From: the human T2T-CHM13v2.0 reference genome, Homo sapiens
Strand: one strand, 5' to 3'
DNA: 64,000 nucleotides
NCBI RefSeq assembly: GCF_009914755.1
Contig: NC_060939.1
The stretch's first letter is position 1, and the number at the start of each line of letters is the position of its first letter. Of the stretch, positions 45,528 to 62,745 are shown piece after piece. The notes under the pieces are model-generated. The model ran no database searches, was not told the DNA's origin, and was given only the letters and a program-made list of their open reading frames with translations. Both the position numbers and the translations under genes were made by a program.

Positions 45528-47293
45528 ATGATTCTACTTTATCTTGTCTTTCTAAAGCTTGCAATTTAGTTTTAATAGTGGTAACAACTCACATTATATA
45601 TTAATTAATTATATATTATTAATTTATATATATTTTAAATTATTTAAAATGGATATTAATTTAGTATCCATTTATATATTAATTAATTAAAGTATATAAT
45701 TACAATAATGGTAAACATGGTATGAATATATTTTGAACAAACTTAACTGATTCTTGGTAAGCATCATATTCAGGAAACATCTTGTTGTAAATTTTGCTGT
45801 TAAGCAGAAGTGCACTGGCCCACTGAGTAGTCTCCCTTGCACAGAATTGTATGTACTTATGTTATAATGAGAGAATGGAGAGTGTTTGAGATCCTGTAAT
45901 TCATTACATGCAGGCTGGTTCAAATCTTCTACTCTGCCTTTGTCCTTGGAGATATCAGAGAAGGGAAGACTCTTTTCTCAAAGAGGAAGAGAAGGAGCAA
46001 GGAAATTGACTAAGTCCATGGGTGTGAGGTGGCATAGATTTTCCCCCTGTTCTCAGTAGAGCCAAATGTTATCAAGTGAGAGATGAAACAAGCCTGGAGT
46101 GTATCCATGAGACAGGGGAGTGGTCAGACCAGAAATGAAAGTGCGGATTTCAACCTCAAACCTGTGGTCAGGTGGAAGGTAAGTCTTTAGGAAAACGGAG
46201 ATAAAAGGAAGTACTGATAAGTAGTATTGATAAGTAGCACTCACAAGAAGTAGGTTGGATGGGGCCAGTCCTTCTATGATGGAGATCAGAGAATTCCTAT
46301 AATAAAACCTTATCGCAAAGAGAGAGTTGAGCTTAAGTGGTTCTAGAAAATGTTCAATGACCAGAGAGAAATTAGGGCAATGGAGAAAATGACTGGAAGC
46401 TGACTTTATAAGACCTCATAATGAACAACTGTGATAAGTTAACATACAGGTCCTGACTTTGGAACCCCTTTAGAACTTTATTTTCCTTTAATATTCAATA
46501 ATGGTATAGTAAAAGCAAACATGTATGAATTACTTACTGCATGCCAGATAGGCTTTTTAAAATTGAAATGCCATTTAATAATTCTGATAATTCCATAAAA
46601 ATGGTTATAATTATCATTCATGTCATTAATTGATGAGTCTAAGCTTAGAGAGTTTTGAATAACTGAGGTCAAATAGCCTGAAATTCCAACCAAGGTCCCT
46701 GACTGCAGAGCCTTTACAATTGCTAGACTTTCTATTACCGATGCTTGCATGTACCTTCGATGCTCTGGCTTTGTTTCTAACTCTTTGGATGGTGGGAGGA
46801 ATAGACGAGCGTGAGGAAAAGAAAACTTGAGAAAAGTAGACCTGGTGGTCATTTGGTACACAGCCAAAGCCATTCCCCTTCTGCCTGGCAGAGAAAGTGG
46901 GTTCTCAGTTCCTGTCCACTCTGTCTATGGTCTCCATTAGAGATTCCGACAGTTACTAAAGTTAAAGACTCGTGTAGTGATCTCCACACTAATTGGACTA
47001 TAATGTATAGCCTCGGTCAAGCACATCTTTCCCAGCCCTCCTCTCCGCGGACGGCAATCAAGCCATTTACAGAAGATGCATTGGCTGCTGAGACCCTGGA
47101 GTAACCTTAAGCTGCACTGGCCTTTTAGTGGAAAACACAATTAATTCTGATACTGAAGGGCAATTAAGACTGGGGTTAAAATAAAAATCTTTTGGAACAT
47201 AGAATGTCAAAGATTGGATAGGAAATGTTTTCCCCTCATGTATCTCAGAAGCCCATGAGCATACCAGCCTCTGGTTACTCTGAGTCAACTTAC

Positions 47294-47359
47294 CTGACTC
47301 TCATTTTATGTCAGTAAACGCGAATTGAAATGAATAGCAGTGTTAGCTGTGTTGCCGTT
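47294..47359 (-). other. Candidate 66-bp exon with consensus splice sites
   Basis: Acceptor tcttctttcag; donor CAG|gtaagt; a second gtaagt donor at 47378; locally CpG-rich. Confidence 0.4.
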
Positions 47360-48180
47360 CTGAAAGAAGATTACTTACATCGACTGTTTTACTAGCATTA
47401 GCTTTAAAAAAACATGTGTGCCTGGACACCTGTTACATTCATACACTTGTAGAAACACCTACACAGGCTTTTAAAAACACATGCTCACAACCATGGATAA
47501 TATGCCATGCGTTACAAGTTGCTCTAGCTAATTTTAGCTCAGAGAAACTCTTCCTAGAAAAAAAGTGTTTTTGTTTAAATAAAAGAACATTCCAAAAGGA
47601 GGGAAAGGGTGATGCTGCTACGCATCACTTACAGAAGCAGACCCTTTACTATCATTTGGTAGTTGCTGATTATTTGGAAGAAAAAAAGTGGAGTAGTGGA
47701 AAAAGGCTGGACGTGCATCCAAGCTACAATGGGCCACTTATTAACAAGGTTTCTAACTACCTGTTAGTCAGTTAGTCTTGCTCAGTTTATTAGTCATATG
47801 GGTTTTAAGTGAATTCTCTTTTCTTTTTTTTTTTTCATTTTTCTAGTGGGAATTTTTTTTCAACTTGTAGGAAGTTTTATTAAATGTATATTTAAACAGT
47901 GATTTTTAAAATATATATATGCACAGAAATTACCTTTTCTTAGACTGTGGGTTGTCTAATTATGCCAATGTAATTAGAAAGCAAGAAATGTTGCTGGAAA
48001 TGCACCTTGATATCATCAGTTTGAACTGGATATTGTAGGTGCTACAATCCAAAAATTTCATGAGATATGTATAAGGATGTTTTCTGCAGCATTGTTTATA
48101 GGAATAGTTAATTCATTCCAAACACTAGCTGATTCCTGATAACTAGTCTAAACTTTTTCTTAGTTAAAAACAGTACCATT

Positions 48181-48542
<362 letters not shown>

Positions 48543-48914
48543 TTACTATGTGGTCATACAGGGACATAGAGTTTGTTAATATTGGTATAGTATAAGTAAA
48601 CGAAGGCATAGCGATCAAATAATTTTCCCGGGATCAAAAAAAACAAATATAAGTAACCATATGAGGATTAGACCTCAGGAAGTCTAGCTTCAGGGCTCAC
48701 ACTTCAGGGCTCAGAGTGAGACCCATGCTGAGTTCTCATTATCGTAAGATTGAATACATAGATTTCAGTTGATCATTCAATAGAATACCATTTTGTTAAA
48801 CTGTAGATTTATATGCGTCACCATAGATTAATCTCAAAAAATTAATACCAAGTAAAGGTAATTTCAAAGAGCATATATTTATCATAAGGTATTCTTTAAA
48901 GAACATGCAAAACT

Positions 48915-48916
<2 letters not shown>

Positions 48917-48948
<32 letters not shown>
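48917..48948 (+). repeat. (CA)n microsatellite
   Basis: Direct read. Confidence 0.95.
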
Positions 48949-48951
<3 letters not shown>

Positions 48952-51276
48952 GCATTCATATGTAAATGAAATAAGTATTAGAATTAACACATATCAACTT
49001 CAAAAGAGGGTCAACCTCTTTAGAGGGAGAGAAGGAAGGACGATAAAAATTTTTTTCTTTATAAATAGAGGAATTTGAAGAAAATATAGAAAAATATGAA
49101 CATCTTTGAAATCTGAGTATCTGATGTGTTGTTTTTTCTACATTTATTTTAAAAATATTCCATAGATCAAATTTAAAAAGAAGCAAAAAGATAATATGTG
49201 AGGTCTCTTTTAAAAGCTATTATGCTATTCAAATGGGGATCATTTATGTTATGATCATCAAAAGCAAAGCGGAGGAGCTTGATTTCCAAAATGGCTGATT
49301 AAGGACTTCTGAAGTCCACTCCTCTACAAAAGCATATGAAGTCTGGAAATTAATTAAGGCTTGCAACAATCTGAGAAGTGTTTACTGAAGAAGTTAACAG
49401 AGTGTTAATAAGAACAGTAAGCTTTCTAGTATTTTAACTTGCCCTAATTTCATCACGCTATTTCCAGACCATAATGGCCTGGAAAACCAACAGTATCGTA
49501 ACTACAGTAGTGATGAAAGTAAGTAGGCTACTATCCACTTGAAGGCCCAGAACAGTTTGGAGCTCTCTAAAATCCTCAAGTAACTGTTCCTAGAGAGCAG
49601 CACTATTTGACCTGAACGCAGCTTGAGAAAAAGTCCACTTGCCGAGCTTGCTTTTACTTGACCTGATTTGAAACTCACTCTGTGTGAACAGTCCTACCCA
49701 CTGGGTATTTGCTGAAAAGAATCAGCAGCAATTGTTTAGCATTACAATTGCCAGAACCATGATATGTGTTAATCTAACAATGCACCAACCAAAAAAACTG
49801 ATAAGGAGAAATTAAGAAATAATATTGCAAAGAGGTCTTTAAAGAGCTATAACATATTCCTGGAAATCTCTAAAGCCATGCATACATGCAAGATAGTGGA
49901 TATTACCTAGGTTGTGTGTATGCTCAGGAAAGACCTGAGAAGGCCTTAAGCTTGTGCCTCTAGCTGACTTTTAGGCTCCTTGCAAAGAAGAAGTGAAGGT
50001 TAAGACATAGTGGTAGACTGTCAGAACATTGAAGGCATGCTCAACAGGGCCTCTCTGAAAAGGTGGGGAGACTCATTGGTTCAAGTATTTAAGGTAATCT
50101 CTGTCTGCTTATTAGCTTATACTAAATAAACTGAGCAGACATCAGGGGCCACACGTGACAAAAAACAATACAAACTTTAAAGAAACAAGGAAAATTACTA
50201 AATAATAACTATAAAAAAGCAGCAACAACAAACCATGGTCAGAGATAGGATATGATTTCTAGAGGTAACACATTACATTATCTTAAATATCTAATTTTCA
50301 ATAAAAATTATAAGACACACAAAAATCAGAAAACTACCATCCATGTGCAAGGGAAAAAACAGAGACTTACCCTAAGGAAATTCAGATGTTGAACCTACTA
50401 GACAAAGACTTTAAATCAGCTATCCTAAATATGTTCAAAGAACTAAAGAAAACATATACACAAAACTAAAGAAAATATTCAGAAGCATATGTTGTCACAA
50501 ATAAAGATCAATAAAGAGACATAAGCTAAATAAAGAACCAAATAGAAATTCTACATTTGAAAAGTAAAATTAGTGCTATAAGACATTCACTAGAGGGACT
50601 CGACAGTGGATTACAACTGACAGAATGAAGAAACAACAAATACGTAGACAAGTAGGTTGAGATTATATAGTCTGAGAAAGAAAATTCAAGAAAAAAGAAA
50701 AAGAACTGGCCCTCAGAAACATAGGGACACCATGAAGCATACAAACACATGCATATTGGGGTCTCCAAAGGAGAGAAGAGAAAGAAAGGGGAAGAAGAAT
50801 ATTTGAAGATAGAATTGGGTGACTATGATATGTCAGTGCAGGTTCATTAATTTGAACAAGTGTACCACTCCAGTGGAGGATGTCAGCAATGGGAGAGGCT
50901 CTAAATGTGTGAGCACAGAGAGTACATATAAACTCTCTGTACGTTCCTCTCATTTTGCTGTGAACCTAAAACTTCACTCAAAAAATATTTAAAAAAGAAT
51001 AGCCAAAACCTTCCAGATCTGACACAAAAATATTAATCTGCAATGCAAATAGTTCAATGAACTCTAAGTAAAATAAACACAAAGACCTATACCTAGAGAT
51101 GCTTAATCCACTGAAAGCCAGAGACAAAGAGAGACTCTTGAAAGTAATCTGAGAAAAGCAACTTATTGCATACCAGTGATTGTCCATAAAATTAATATCT
51201 GACTTTTCATTAGAAACCATGAAGCCCAGAAGGCAGTGGGATAGCACACTAAAAATGCTGAAATAGAAGACTGTCA

Positions 51277-51333
<57 letters not shown>

Positions 51334-51680
51334 TACATATGTCCAGCAAAACTACCCTTGAAAAATGAAGAATGAAGAGGAGATAAAGAGATTCCTAGAG
51401 AAACAAACCAGAATTCATGGCCAGCAGATCTGGTCCACAAGAAACACTAATGAGATGACTTCAGGTTAAAATGAAAGGACATTAGACAGTAACTTAAACT
51501 CACATGAAGAAATAAAATGCACTGGCAGTGGTAAATCCATACATAACTTTAAAAAACATTACAAATATATTTGAATTCATAATACTTTTCTTATTCTATT
51601 TCATTAGACAGTAACAACTCTGTAAACAATCATTATAATCTTGCATTGACAGGATTGTAATGAATAAAGATGTAATTTTT

Positions 51681-52048
<368 letters not shown>

Positions 52049-52129
52049 TTAATTTAAACTAGATTAAGTTAACATGTTAATTATGCCTCCCAGGGTACCT
52101 GTTAAAAAAAGACACAAAAACATATAGCA

Positions 52130-52995
52130 ACATATAAACAAGAAAAAAACAAACAACCCCATCAAAAAGTGGGTGAAGGATATGAACAGACACTTCTCAA
52201 AAGAAGACATTTATGCAGCCAATAAACATGTGAAAAAAAGCTCATCATCACTGGTCATTAGAGAAATGAAAATCAAAACCACAATGAGATACCATCTCAT
52301 GCCAGTTAGAATGGTGATCATTAAAAAGTCAGGAAACAACAGATGCTGGAGAGGATATAGAGAAATAGAGACACTTTTACACTCTTGGTGGCAGTGTAAA
52401 TTAGTTCAACCATTGTGGAAGACAGTGTAGTGATTCCTCAAGGATCTAGAACCAGAAATATCATTTGACCTAGCAATCCCGTTACTGGGTATATACCCAA
52501 AGGATTATAAATCATTCTACTATAGAGACAGATGCACACATTCATTTATTGCAGCACTATTCACAATAGCAAAGACTTGGAACCAACACAAATGCCCATT
52601 GATGATAGACTGGATAAAGAAAATGTGGCACATACACACCATGGAATACGATGCAGCCATAGAAAGGATGAGTTCATGTCCTTTGCAGGGACATGGATGA
52701 AGCTGGAAACCATCATTCTCAGCAAACTAATACAGGAACAGAAAACCAAACACCGCATGTTCTCACTCATAAGTGGGAGTTGAACGATGAGAACACATGG
52801 ACCTAGGGAGGGGAACATCACATACTGGGGCCTGTCGTGGGGTCGGGGGCTAGGGGAGGGATAGCATTAGGAGAAATACCTAATGCAGATGATGGGTTGA
52901 TGGGTACAGCAAACCACCATGGCACATGTATACCTATGTAACAAACCTGCATGTTCTGCACATGTATCCCAGAACTTAAACTATAATAAAAAAAG
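52130..52995 (+). mobile_element. 5'-truncated L1PA (PA7-like) 3' end
   Basis: ORF2 C-terminus ([18 protein letters not shown]...[10 protein letters not shown]); L1PA 3'UTR and A tail. Confidence 0.9.
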
Positions 52996-55900
52996 AAATA
53001 GACCCATAACAAATGAAGATATTGAATTAGTGATAAAAAAATTCCACTATGAGAAACCCAGGCCTATATGGACTCTTGAGTGAATTCTATCAAACTTTTG
53101 AAGAAGAATTGATGCCAATCCTTCTCAAACTCTTCCAAAAAATTCCAGAGGAAAGAACAATTTCTAATTCATTCTATGAGGTCGCTATTGGCAGCATATA
53201 TAAAGACTTAAACACTGTAACAAAGTGAAATATGTTCCAAGAATTCAAGATTACCTTAACGTACTAAAGTCAATCAATGTAATACACCCTGTTAATAGAG
53301 GAAAGGGCAAAATCTACATAATCAGCTGAATAGATGAAGAGAAAGCATTTGACAAAATTCAAACATTTTCACAATAAAAACAACTAACACAGTAGGAATA
53401 GAATGAAACTTCCTCAACCTGATAAAGAGCATCTACAGAAACCCCACAATTAATATTACATTTACTGGTAAAGACTGCATACTTTACCTGAAGATCAGGA
53501 ATAAGACGTAGATGTCCACTCCCATCATTTCTATTCAACATTGTACTGGGGATTCTAGCCAGGGCAATTAGGCAAGGAAATAAATTAAAGACATCCAGAT
53601 TGAAAAGAATGAAGTGAAACTATCCCTATTTGAAGATGACATTATTGTGTTTGTAGAAAATCCTATCAAATCTGCCAAAAAACTATTAGATCTAATAAAT
53701 GAGTTCAACAAGATTGTAAGATACAAGCCAATGTAAAAAAAAATGAGTTCCAAAGATGAAACTTAAAAAACTCCATCTATAAGAGCATAAAATAATATGA
53801 TATTTAAAAATAACTGTAGCAAAAGAAGTGAAACACTAACACATTGAAAACTGCAAAACATTATTGAAAGAAACTAAGGAAGAACCAAACAAATGAAAAA
53901 ACACAATATTGAAAGACTCATACTTCCTGATTTTCAAAACTTGCTGCAAACTACAGTAATCAAGACAGCGTGGTGCTAGCATAGGATAGATGCATAGGTC
54001 AATGAAATGAAATGGAGTGTACAGAAATAAACCCTTACATTTATGGGAAACTGATTTTTTGATAAGTGTTGCAAGACAACTGAATAAGAGCAAGAAAATT
54101 CTTTCCAACAAATGGGACTAGGACTGCCAGATATCCACATGCGAAAAAGTAAAGTTGACCTCTTACCACATACCACATGCAAATGTTAACTCTTATTGGA
54201 TCAGAAGCCAAATGTATATGTTAAAACTATAGAATTCTTAGAAGAAAGCAGTTACAGAGTTTCAAGACCTTGGATTAGGCAATGTTTCTTTGATATGACA
54301 ATAAAAGCTCAAGCAACAAAAGAAAAATAGATAATTGAACATTCCAACAATTTAAAATGTTTGTGCTTCAAAGGGCACCATCAATAATGTGAAAAGACAA
54401 TCCATTGAATGCAAGAATTGAATGCATATTTATAAGTCATATATCTGGCAAGAGACCAGTTTCCAAATATTTAATGAATTGATTAAACTCAACAATAGAA
54501 AGACAACTCAAATATAAAATAGACAAAGGATTTACATAGACATTTCTCCAAAGAACATATAGAAATGGTCAAAAAGTACATGAAACAATGCTTAACATCA
54601 TTGTTGTTGAAGTAATAAAACCACAATGAGATACCACTTCATACCAGGTACTATGACCATAGTAAAAAATGGTGGGCACTAAGAAGTATTGAAGAGGATA
54701 TGGAGAAACTGGAACATACATACATTGCTGGTGGCAAGGTAAAATAATGAAGCCACATTGAAAATCAGTTTGCCAGGTCTTCAAAATGTTATACATGGGA
54801 GTTACCATGTGGCTTCATAATTCTACTCTTAGGCATATACTCAAGAGATACGATAATGTGTCCGCACAACAAATTATGCACAAATTGTTATAGAGCATTA
54901 TTCATAATAGCAAAAAAGTAGAAACAATCTGTGTCCATTCTATTGAACGTATACAACACATGTTTGTTTATCTGATGAAAAGATAAACATGTGATGTATA
55001 CGTGCAACAGAATATTACTGAGACACAAAAAGAAATGAAGTTCTGATGCATGGTGTAAACGTGGGACAAACCTTAACAATGTTATGTTAAGTGAAAGAAA
55101 TCAGGCACAAAAGGCTGTAGTGTTATGTGATTCCACGTATATGAAATGTTCAGAAGAGACAAATCCATAGAGACAGAAATTATATTAGTGGTTGCCATGG
55201 ACTGGGGGAGGGGAATGAGAGGTGACTGCTAATATGTATGAGGTTTCTTTTGGGGGTGATGAAAATGTTCTGAAATTAGCCAGTGCTGATCTACACATCA
55301 CTGAACTTTTATGAATATACTAAAAACCACTTACTAGTACACATTAAACGATTACACCCTATGACGTGGAATTAAATCTTAATAAACCTGTTTTTAAAAA
55401 TGTAAAACAGACATGTCTCATATTGAGATGAGATGCCTGTTTATGTTGTCAATATTAATCAAATTAATTGGACAATCACCAAATCTGTCAGCAACCTGAG
55501 GCCATGAAGTCGCAGTACAGTCATACACCTCATGTTCAACCACAAACTCATGCTACTTTGCAGCGCTTTCAAATGCATACTTAGGACACAAATGACATGG
55601 AGAGCCATGGTGTTGTAATCTCCTTGGTATGTGAAATTTCCACAGCAGAGTTGAAGGTAAAGTCTCCAACACTCTGAGGAAATTCCATAATAATGATGAG
55701 CTCACATATAAGAAGCTATCATAATTGTTAAGAAGGGATGAAAGTGATAAATATCTGAAGCCCCAGGCCTGTGATAAAAACTCTGTCAGAGTAAGGAGAC
55801 AGTCAGAGTTTCAAGGCCTCATCCCTCACACACCAGGCCTGAAACACAGGCTCTGCATCCTCACAAAGCCGCTGAGACTAAAAGTCTCTGCAAAACACGT

Positions 55901-56112
55901 TCTCATCAGTCTGAATACCATCTCACTCCATTGTTTTTGATCTTAGAATTGTGGTGACCATAGCCATGAGAACAGACAGATACATGGACACCTGTCTCCA
56001 AGTGTACATTTTCATGTTCAAACCAGATCCCCATATGAATTCTCTATACAGACCAACTCGCAAGTTTAAATGGAATATATTTGCATTAAGATAATTGGAA
56101 GTCAGGCAACTA

Positions 56113-56401
<289 letters not shown>

Positions 56402-58163
56402 CTATTTCTTGGTATCTTAAATCATTGACATTACAAGGTACAGGTGGTGAGAGTATAAAACTAATTCAGGTGGATTATGAAAGGGTGCTATAATATGACA
56501 CCCAAGGAAGAAATTTAAATTGTTATTATCAGACTACCTCTCTCTCTTCTTCCTCTCTCAGCAACATACCTGAAATTAAAAGAGGCATCAATAAAATTCC
56601 CCTAGAGGCTGTGGTGGGACTACGACCTTGCCAGCACCTTGATTTTTGACTTCTGGCTTCCAGAATTGTGAAGGAATAGATTTCTGTTGTTTTAAGCCAC
56701 CATTCTTGTGCTAATTTGTTATGGCAGCCACAAGAAACTTACACACTTGATTCAACGCCACTGAATAGCTTTCTACACGTAGGTTCTTTCCAATTCTATG
56801 GTATTATCATTAGCACTGAGGTGAACATTGCACCATCTGGTGATCCAAGGTGGCATCTTTTCAAAATCTCCCTCTAAGTGGCTAGGGTATCAGGCATGCG
56901 TTCTGGTTCAGTCATATATATACATTTTTTTTTGCAAGTCTACATGGCTTCACTTACTCATTAATGGAAGTTTTAAAAACCAAAGTGATAACCTTAATCA
57001 TTTCTCACTTAAACAAGAGAGTATGATTTTAACCAGAATGATACCTGTTACAGCAGCAATAGTACTGTGTGGTATTAAGGTTTGAATTCTGACTGTAAGG
57101 CTTTGGATCAGTAACTTAATCCCTCCATGCCTCTGTTTACTCATCTAGAAAATGAGGCTATTGGCAGAGACGTAGTTGGCATTCACTGTCTCAACTTCAT
57201 GCTGAGGTCCTTAGTCTAGTTCTTGCAACTGCAAGCTTTGGCTCTCAACACCATTACCATATCACTAATTTAAAAACAAAACAGAAGAAAAGGAAAAAAG
57301 AAACTATTTAGAACTAATTGATTTTGTTCTATGAGTTCATCTGCCTCCTTCTGCCAGTGTGAAAGGGCTGAGCCTAGAGGGTTCTTTAAATAGTAAAAAA
57401 TAGATTAATGCTGCACTATTCTTGATGGGATGCAATGTGATATTATCCACTGTAAAACGCACGTAGGTGACTCCCACCACCAATGTCACTGTCCCACTCC
57501 TCAGATTTAAAACACAAATTTGGTCATGTGTCTTCACCCCACCTCCAAACCTTTCGTGTCTCATCCTGTCATTAGCAAGAAGTGTTTGCCACGGACTATG
57601 CCAAGGCTCCATGTCTTTGCTCATGCTGTTCATTCTGTCCGGATTTAGGTGCCCTTTTCTTCTTGCTAGAGAACCCTACTTTTAAATTTTTGGCCAGTTT
57701 TGCAATAAGCATTCCAGTCCTGCTGGCTGGTAGATTACATCTGCTCTTTATTTTTAAATAGACTTTATTTTAAAAAAAAACTTTTATATGTACAGAAAAA
57801 AATAAGCAGAGAGTACACAGTGTTTCCATATAGCCCATATTCAGTGTCCCCTATTGTTAATATCTTAGATTATTATGGGATATTTGTCACAATTAATGAA
57901 TCAATACTGATACATTATCCTATACTAAAGCCCACACGTTATTCATATTTTCTTAGTCTTTACAGAATTCTCTTTTCTGTCTCAGGATACCACATGACAT
58001 TCAGTCCTCATGTCTCCTTACGCTCCTCCTGGTCATGATAGTTTCTCTGACTCTGTTTGTTTTTGATGACCTTCTCAATTTGGGGCATACTGTTCAAATG
58101 TTCTGTAGGATGCCCCTCTATGGGAATTTATCTAATATTTTTCACATGATAAGACTGGTTTTA

Positions 58164-58565
<402 letters not shown>

Positions 58566-59018
58566 TTATGACTACTGATACTGACCTTGACTTTTTTCAC
58601 CTAGCTGAGGTAGTATTTGACAGGTTTCTCTGCTATCTCTTACTCACTTTTAATACTCAGTTCAAATGCTACCACCTTTTTGAAGTCCTCCTGGACTCCT
58701 TCAGCCCCTAGTAAGCTATTGAATCCATTTATCCATTTATTAGTCATTAATAAACATTTGTTAATCACTTACTATGTGTCTGGCATGGTGCAAAGTGTGA
58801 GGATGCAGCAATTTAAACATGCAATAATTGTTTCATAAAAGAGTAGCTACGTGAACTGATGGTGTTAAACAGAAGCAGAATACTTTTCTCATATTAGGTC
58901 AGCATTTATATATTGAGCACCTCTAGTTTATACAGTACCGTGTTAGAAGTGTTAAGGACAACATATATTTAAAATACAGACCTTGCTGTAAGGTATAGCA
59001 AGGGCTGGCAAAATCCAG

Positions 59019-59222
59019 CATTCAGGACCAAATCCTGCCTGATGCTTGTTTTTGTAAATAAAGTTTTATTGAAACACAGCCACACCCCTACGTTTACATA
59101 TGGTTTATGATCACTTTGCCCTAGAGCAGCAGAGTTGAGTAGTTACAACAGAGCCTATATGACTTGCGAAGCTTAAAATATTTACTGTCTGCTCCTTTAT
59201 AGAAAAGGTTTTCTTATTCCCT
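59019..59222 (+). mobile_element. MER58A
   Basis: gtttttgtaaataaagttttattgaaacacagccacac and gcagagttgagtagtt core. Confidence 0.82.
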
Positions 59223-59514
59223 CTCTCAAGCATTAAAATTCACAATATACATGGAAACTCATAACACTTAGGTACTTGTAAAAATAAAATAGATTTAACT
59301 CTAAATGGAAGAGCTAATATAAGAGCTTAATATATTTTTGTAGGCATTATTTGGTTTAACTGTAAATCCAGTGTAAGAATTGATCATCCTGAATGGGAGT
59401 CAATGAACACATTTATTAAAGGCTTCTTATGGGCCAGGGTAGTGTTGAAAGCAAGGGATTTATTGACGAACAAGACAGGTCCCTTCCGCTAAGAAGCATA
59501 CACTTTAATGCTAT

Positions 59515-59848
59515 AGGGCTGCATTATCCAATACGGTAGCCATAGGCACCTGTGTCTGTTGAGCACTTGAAATCTGAGTGGTTTCGACTGAGATGTCTGA
59601 AAGCCTAAAATATAATGCAAAAGAGATTTCCAAAGAATTAGTGTAAAAAAAAGTCTGAAAAAATGTTAATATTAATTACATGTTTACTTTATTGTACATG
59701 AGGATTATATAATATGATGATAATAAAATATGTTGCTAAAATAACTTTTACCTGCATTCTTTTCTTTTCTTTTAACTTTTTAATGTGGCTACTAGAAAAT
59801 TTTAAATCACATATGTGGCTGATATTATGCTTCCTATTGGACAGTGCT
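59515..59848. mobile_element. MER33-type hAT fossil
   Basis: tccaatacggtagcca...aatgtggctactagaaaatt...ctattggacagtgct. Confidence 0.75.
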
Positions 59849-59865
59849 TGTCTAAACTTTAGAAA

Positions 59866-60797
<932 letters not shown>

Positions 60798-60825
60798 CCT
60801 AGAGGAATATGAAAAAGGCTTCCTA

Positions 60826-61115
60826 TTTTTTTTTCATTGACAAATAAAAAGTGTATGCATTTATTGTGTACAATGTGATGTTTTGAAATACGTATACATT
60901 ATGGAATGGTGGAATTGAGCTAATTAACATATGCATTACCTCACACACATACCATTTTTGTGTCTCTGTGGTAAAAACACTTAAAATCTACTCTCTTAGC
61001 AATTTTCAAGAATACAATTTGTTGTTATTAACTATTGTACAACATAATATCTCTTGAACTTATTTCTCATAACTTAAAGTTATGTCCCTTGACCCACCTC
61101 TCCCCAACCCCCAAT
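60826..61115 (-). mobile_element. L1MA 3' end fragment
   Basis: Antisense L1MA 3'UTR (gctaattaacatatgcattacctcaca...). Confidence 0.8.
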
Positions 61116-62228
61116 TTTTTTTTTTTTTCACTGATGGTGATAAGCATTCTATTAGGAAAGAAAAGGACTAAAAATGAAATGGGAGACTGATGTTGGGCAA
61201 ATGCATTAACATTTCCTGGAAGTGAATTCCTTCAGGTGTGTGGATCTTTGAGTGGCCACACTGATGTGCTTGCATAACAAGGACCAGGAACAGTCAGCAG
61301 ATGGATGACCTGGAAGAAAGGGGAGGAACCTCAGGACAAGGAAACAGAAACAAACGCTGCTACACATTTAGCTCTAAAGTACTGTAGGGAAAAGTATGAC
61401 ATCTTAACTATGTTTTTTAAAATGTATATTTCGGAGTGTTTTGACTGGAGGACCTATATAACTGTGTTGTGTATTAAATGGATGAAACATATTTCCCTGG
61501 ATGCAGAGGAAAGTCTTTCTAATGGCAGGAAACTATATTTTCTTTATGACCACTTTTAGTTTCAGTAGCAGATATAATACCAGGCCCAAGCCTCACAAGC
61601 AATACACTAAAAAGGGAGTAGCTACGAGGGTGGGAAAGGAGGAAAAACGTGCTCTAAAAGCAGGAAATAGGCAGCACAAAGACAGATCAGATCTTGCTCC
61701 CTGGGTGACAAGATTATGGGTTTTGGAGCATCAGAGAATTTGGTTTGGATCTTATCTCAACCGTTTACTAGCTGTGGCATAAAGACATCAGCACTTACTG
61801 TGCTCTTACTATATATCAGGCACTTCAGATTGATTATCTCACTGAATTTCCCAAGAACCCTAAGAGAGAGGTTCTGTAATTATCCCTATTTTACAGAAGA
61901 AGAAAATGAGGCTTAGGGAGATTGAAAATTACATTCCAATGAAGAGCACAGGCAGGCTTTGCAACCAGCTAGTCAACACTCCACATCCCACCCTTACATT
62001 TCACTGTCTCCCATGGAGCCTGCATCGAGTCAGTTAACCTCTCCTTAGACCCAGTTTTCTCAACTACAAAATAAGAATAATTATATCCACCTTGCAGAGT
62101 TGTTACAACTATTTGATCAGACACTGGTAAACCATCTAATTGGGTGTGGGATGTAAATGTTAGTTTACTCCTGCATTCATGAGGTAAGACAAAATTGATA
62201 CAATTTGGAAAAAATACATATCTTAGGA

Positions 62229-62745
62229 CAGGGTCCCCAGGCCCAGGGTGATGAACTGGTACTGGTCTATAGCCTGTTAAGAAGTGGGCCACACAGCAGG
62301 AGGTGAGCAGCAAGCGAAACTTCATCGGTATTTATGGCCGCTCCCCATCGCTTGCATTACCACCAGAGCTCCACCTTCTGTCAGATTAGTGGCAGCATTA
62401 GATTCTCAGAGGACCACAAACCCTATTGTGAACTGCACATGCGAGGGATCTAGGTTGCACACTCCTTATGAGACTCTAATGCCTGATGATCTGTCACTGT
62501 CTCTCTCATCTCCCCCAGATGGGACTGTCTAGTTGCAGGAAAACAAGTTGAGGACTCCCACTGATTCTATATTATGGTGAGTTGCATAATTATTTCATTA
62601 TATAATACAATGTAATAATAATAGCAAGAAAGTGCACAATAAAGATAATGCACTTGAATCAACCCAAAACCATCTCCCTCCCTGTCTGTGGAAAAATTGC
62701 TTTCCATGAAACCAGTCCCTGGTGCCAAAAATTTGGGGACTGCTG
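62229..62745 (+). mobile_element. MER1A (hAT-Charlie), complete
   Basis: TIRs cagggtcccc / ggggactgctg; perfect 8-bp TSD tcttagga (62221-62228 / 62746-62753). Confidence 0.92.
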
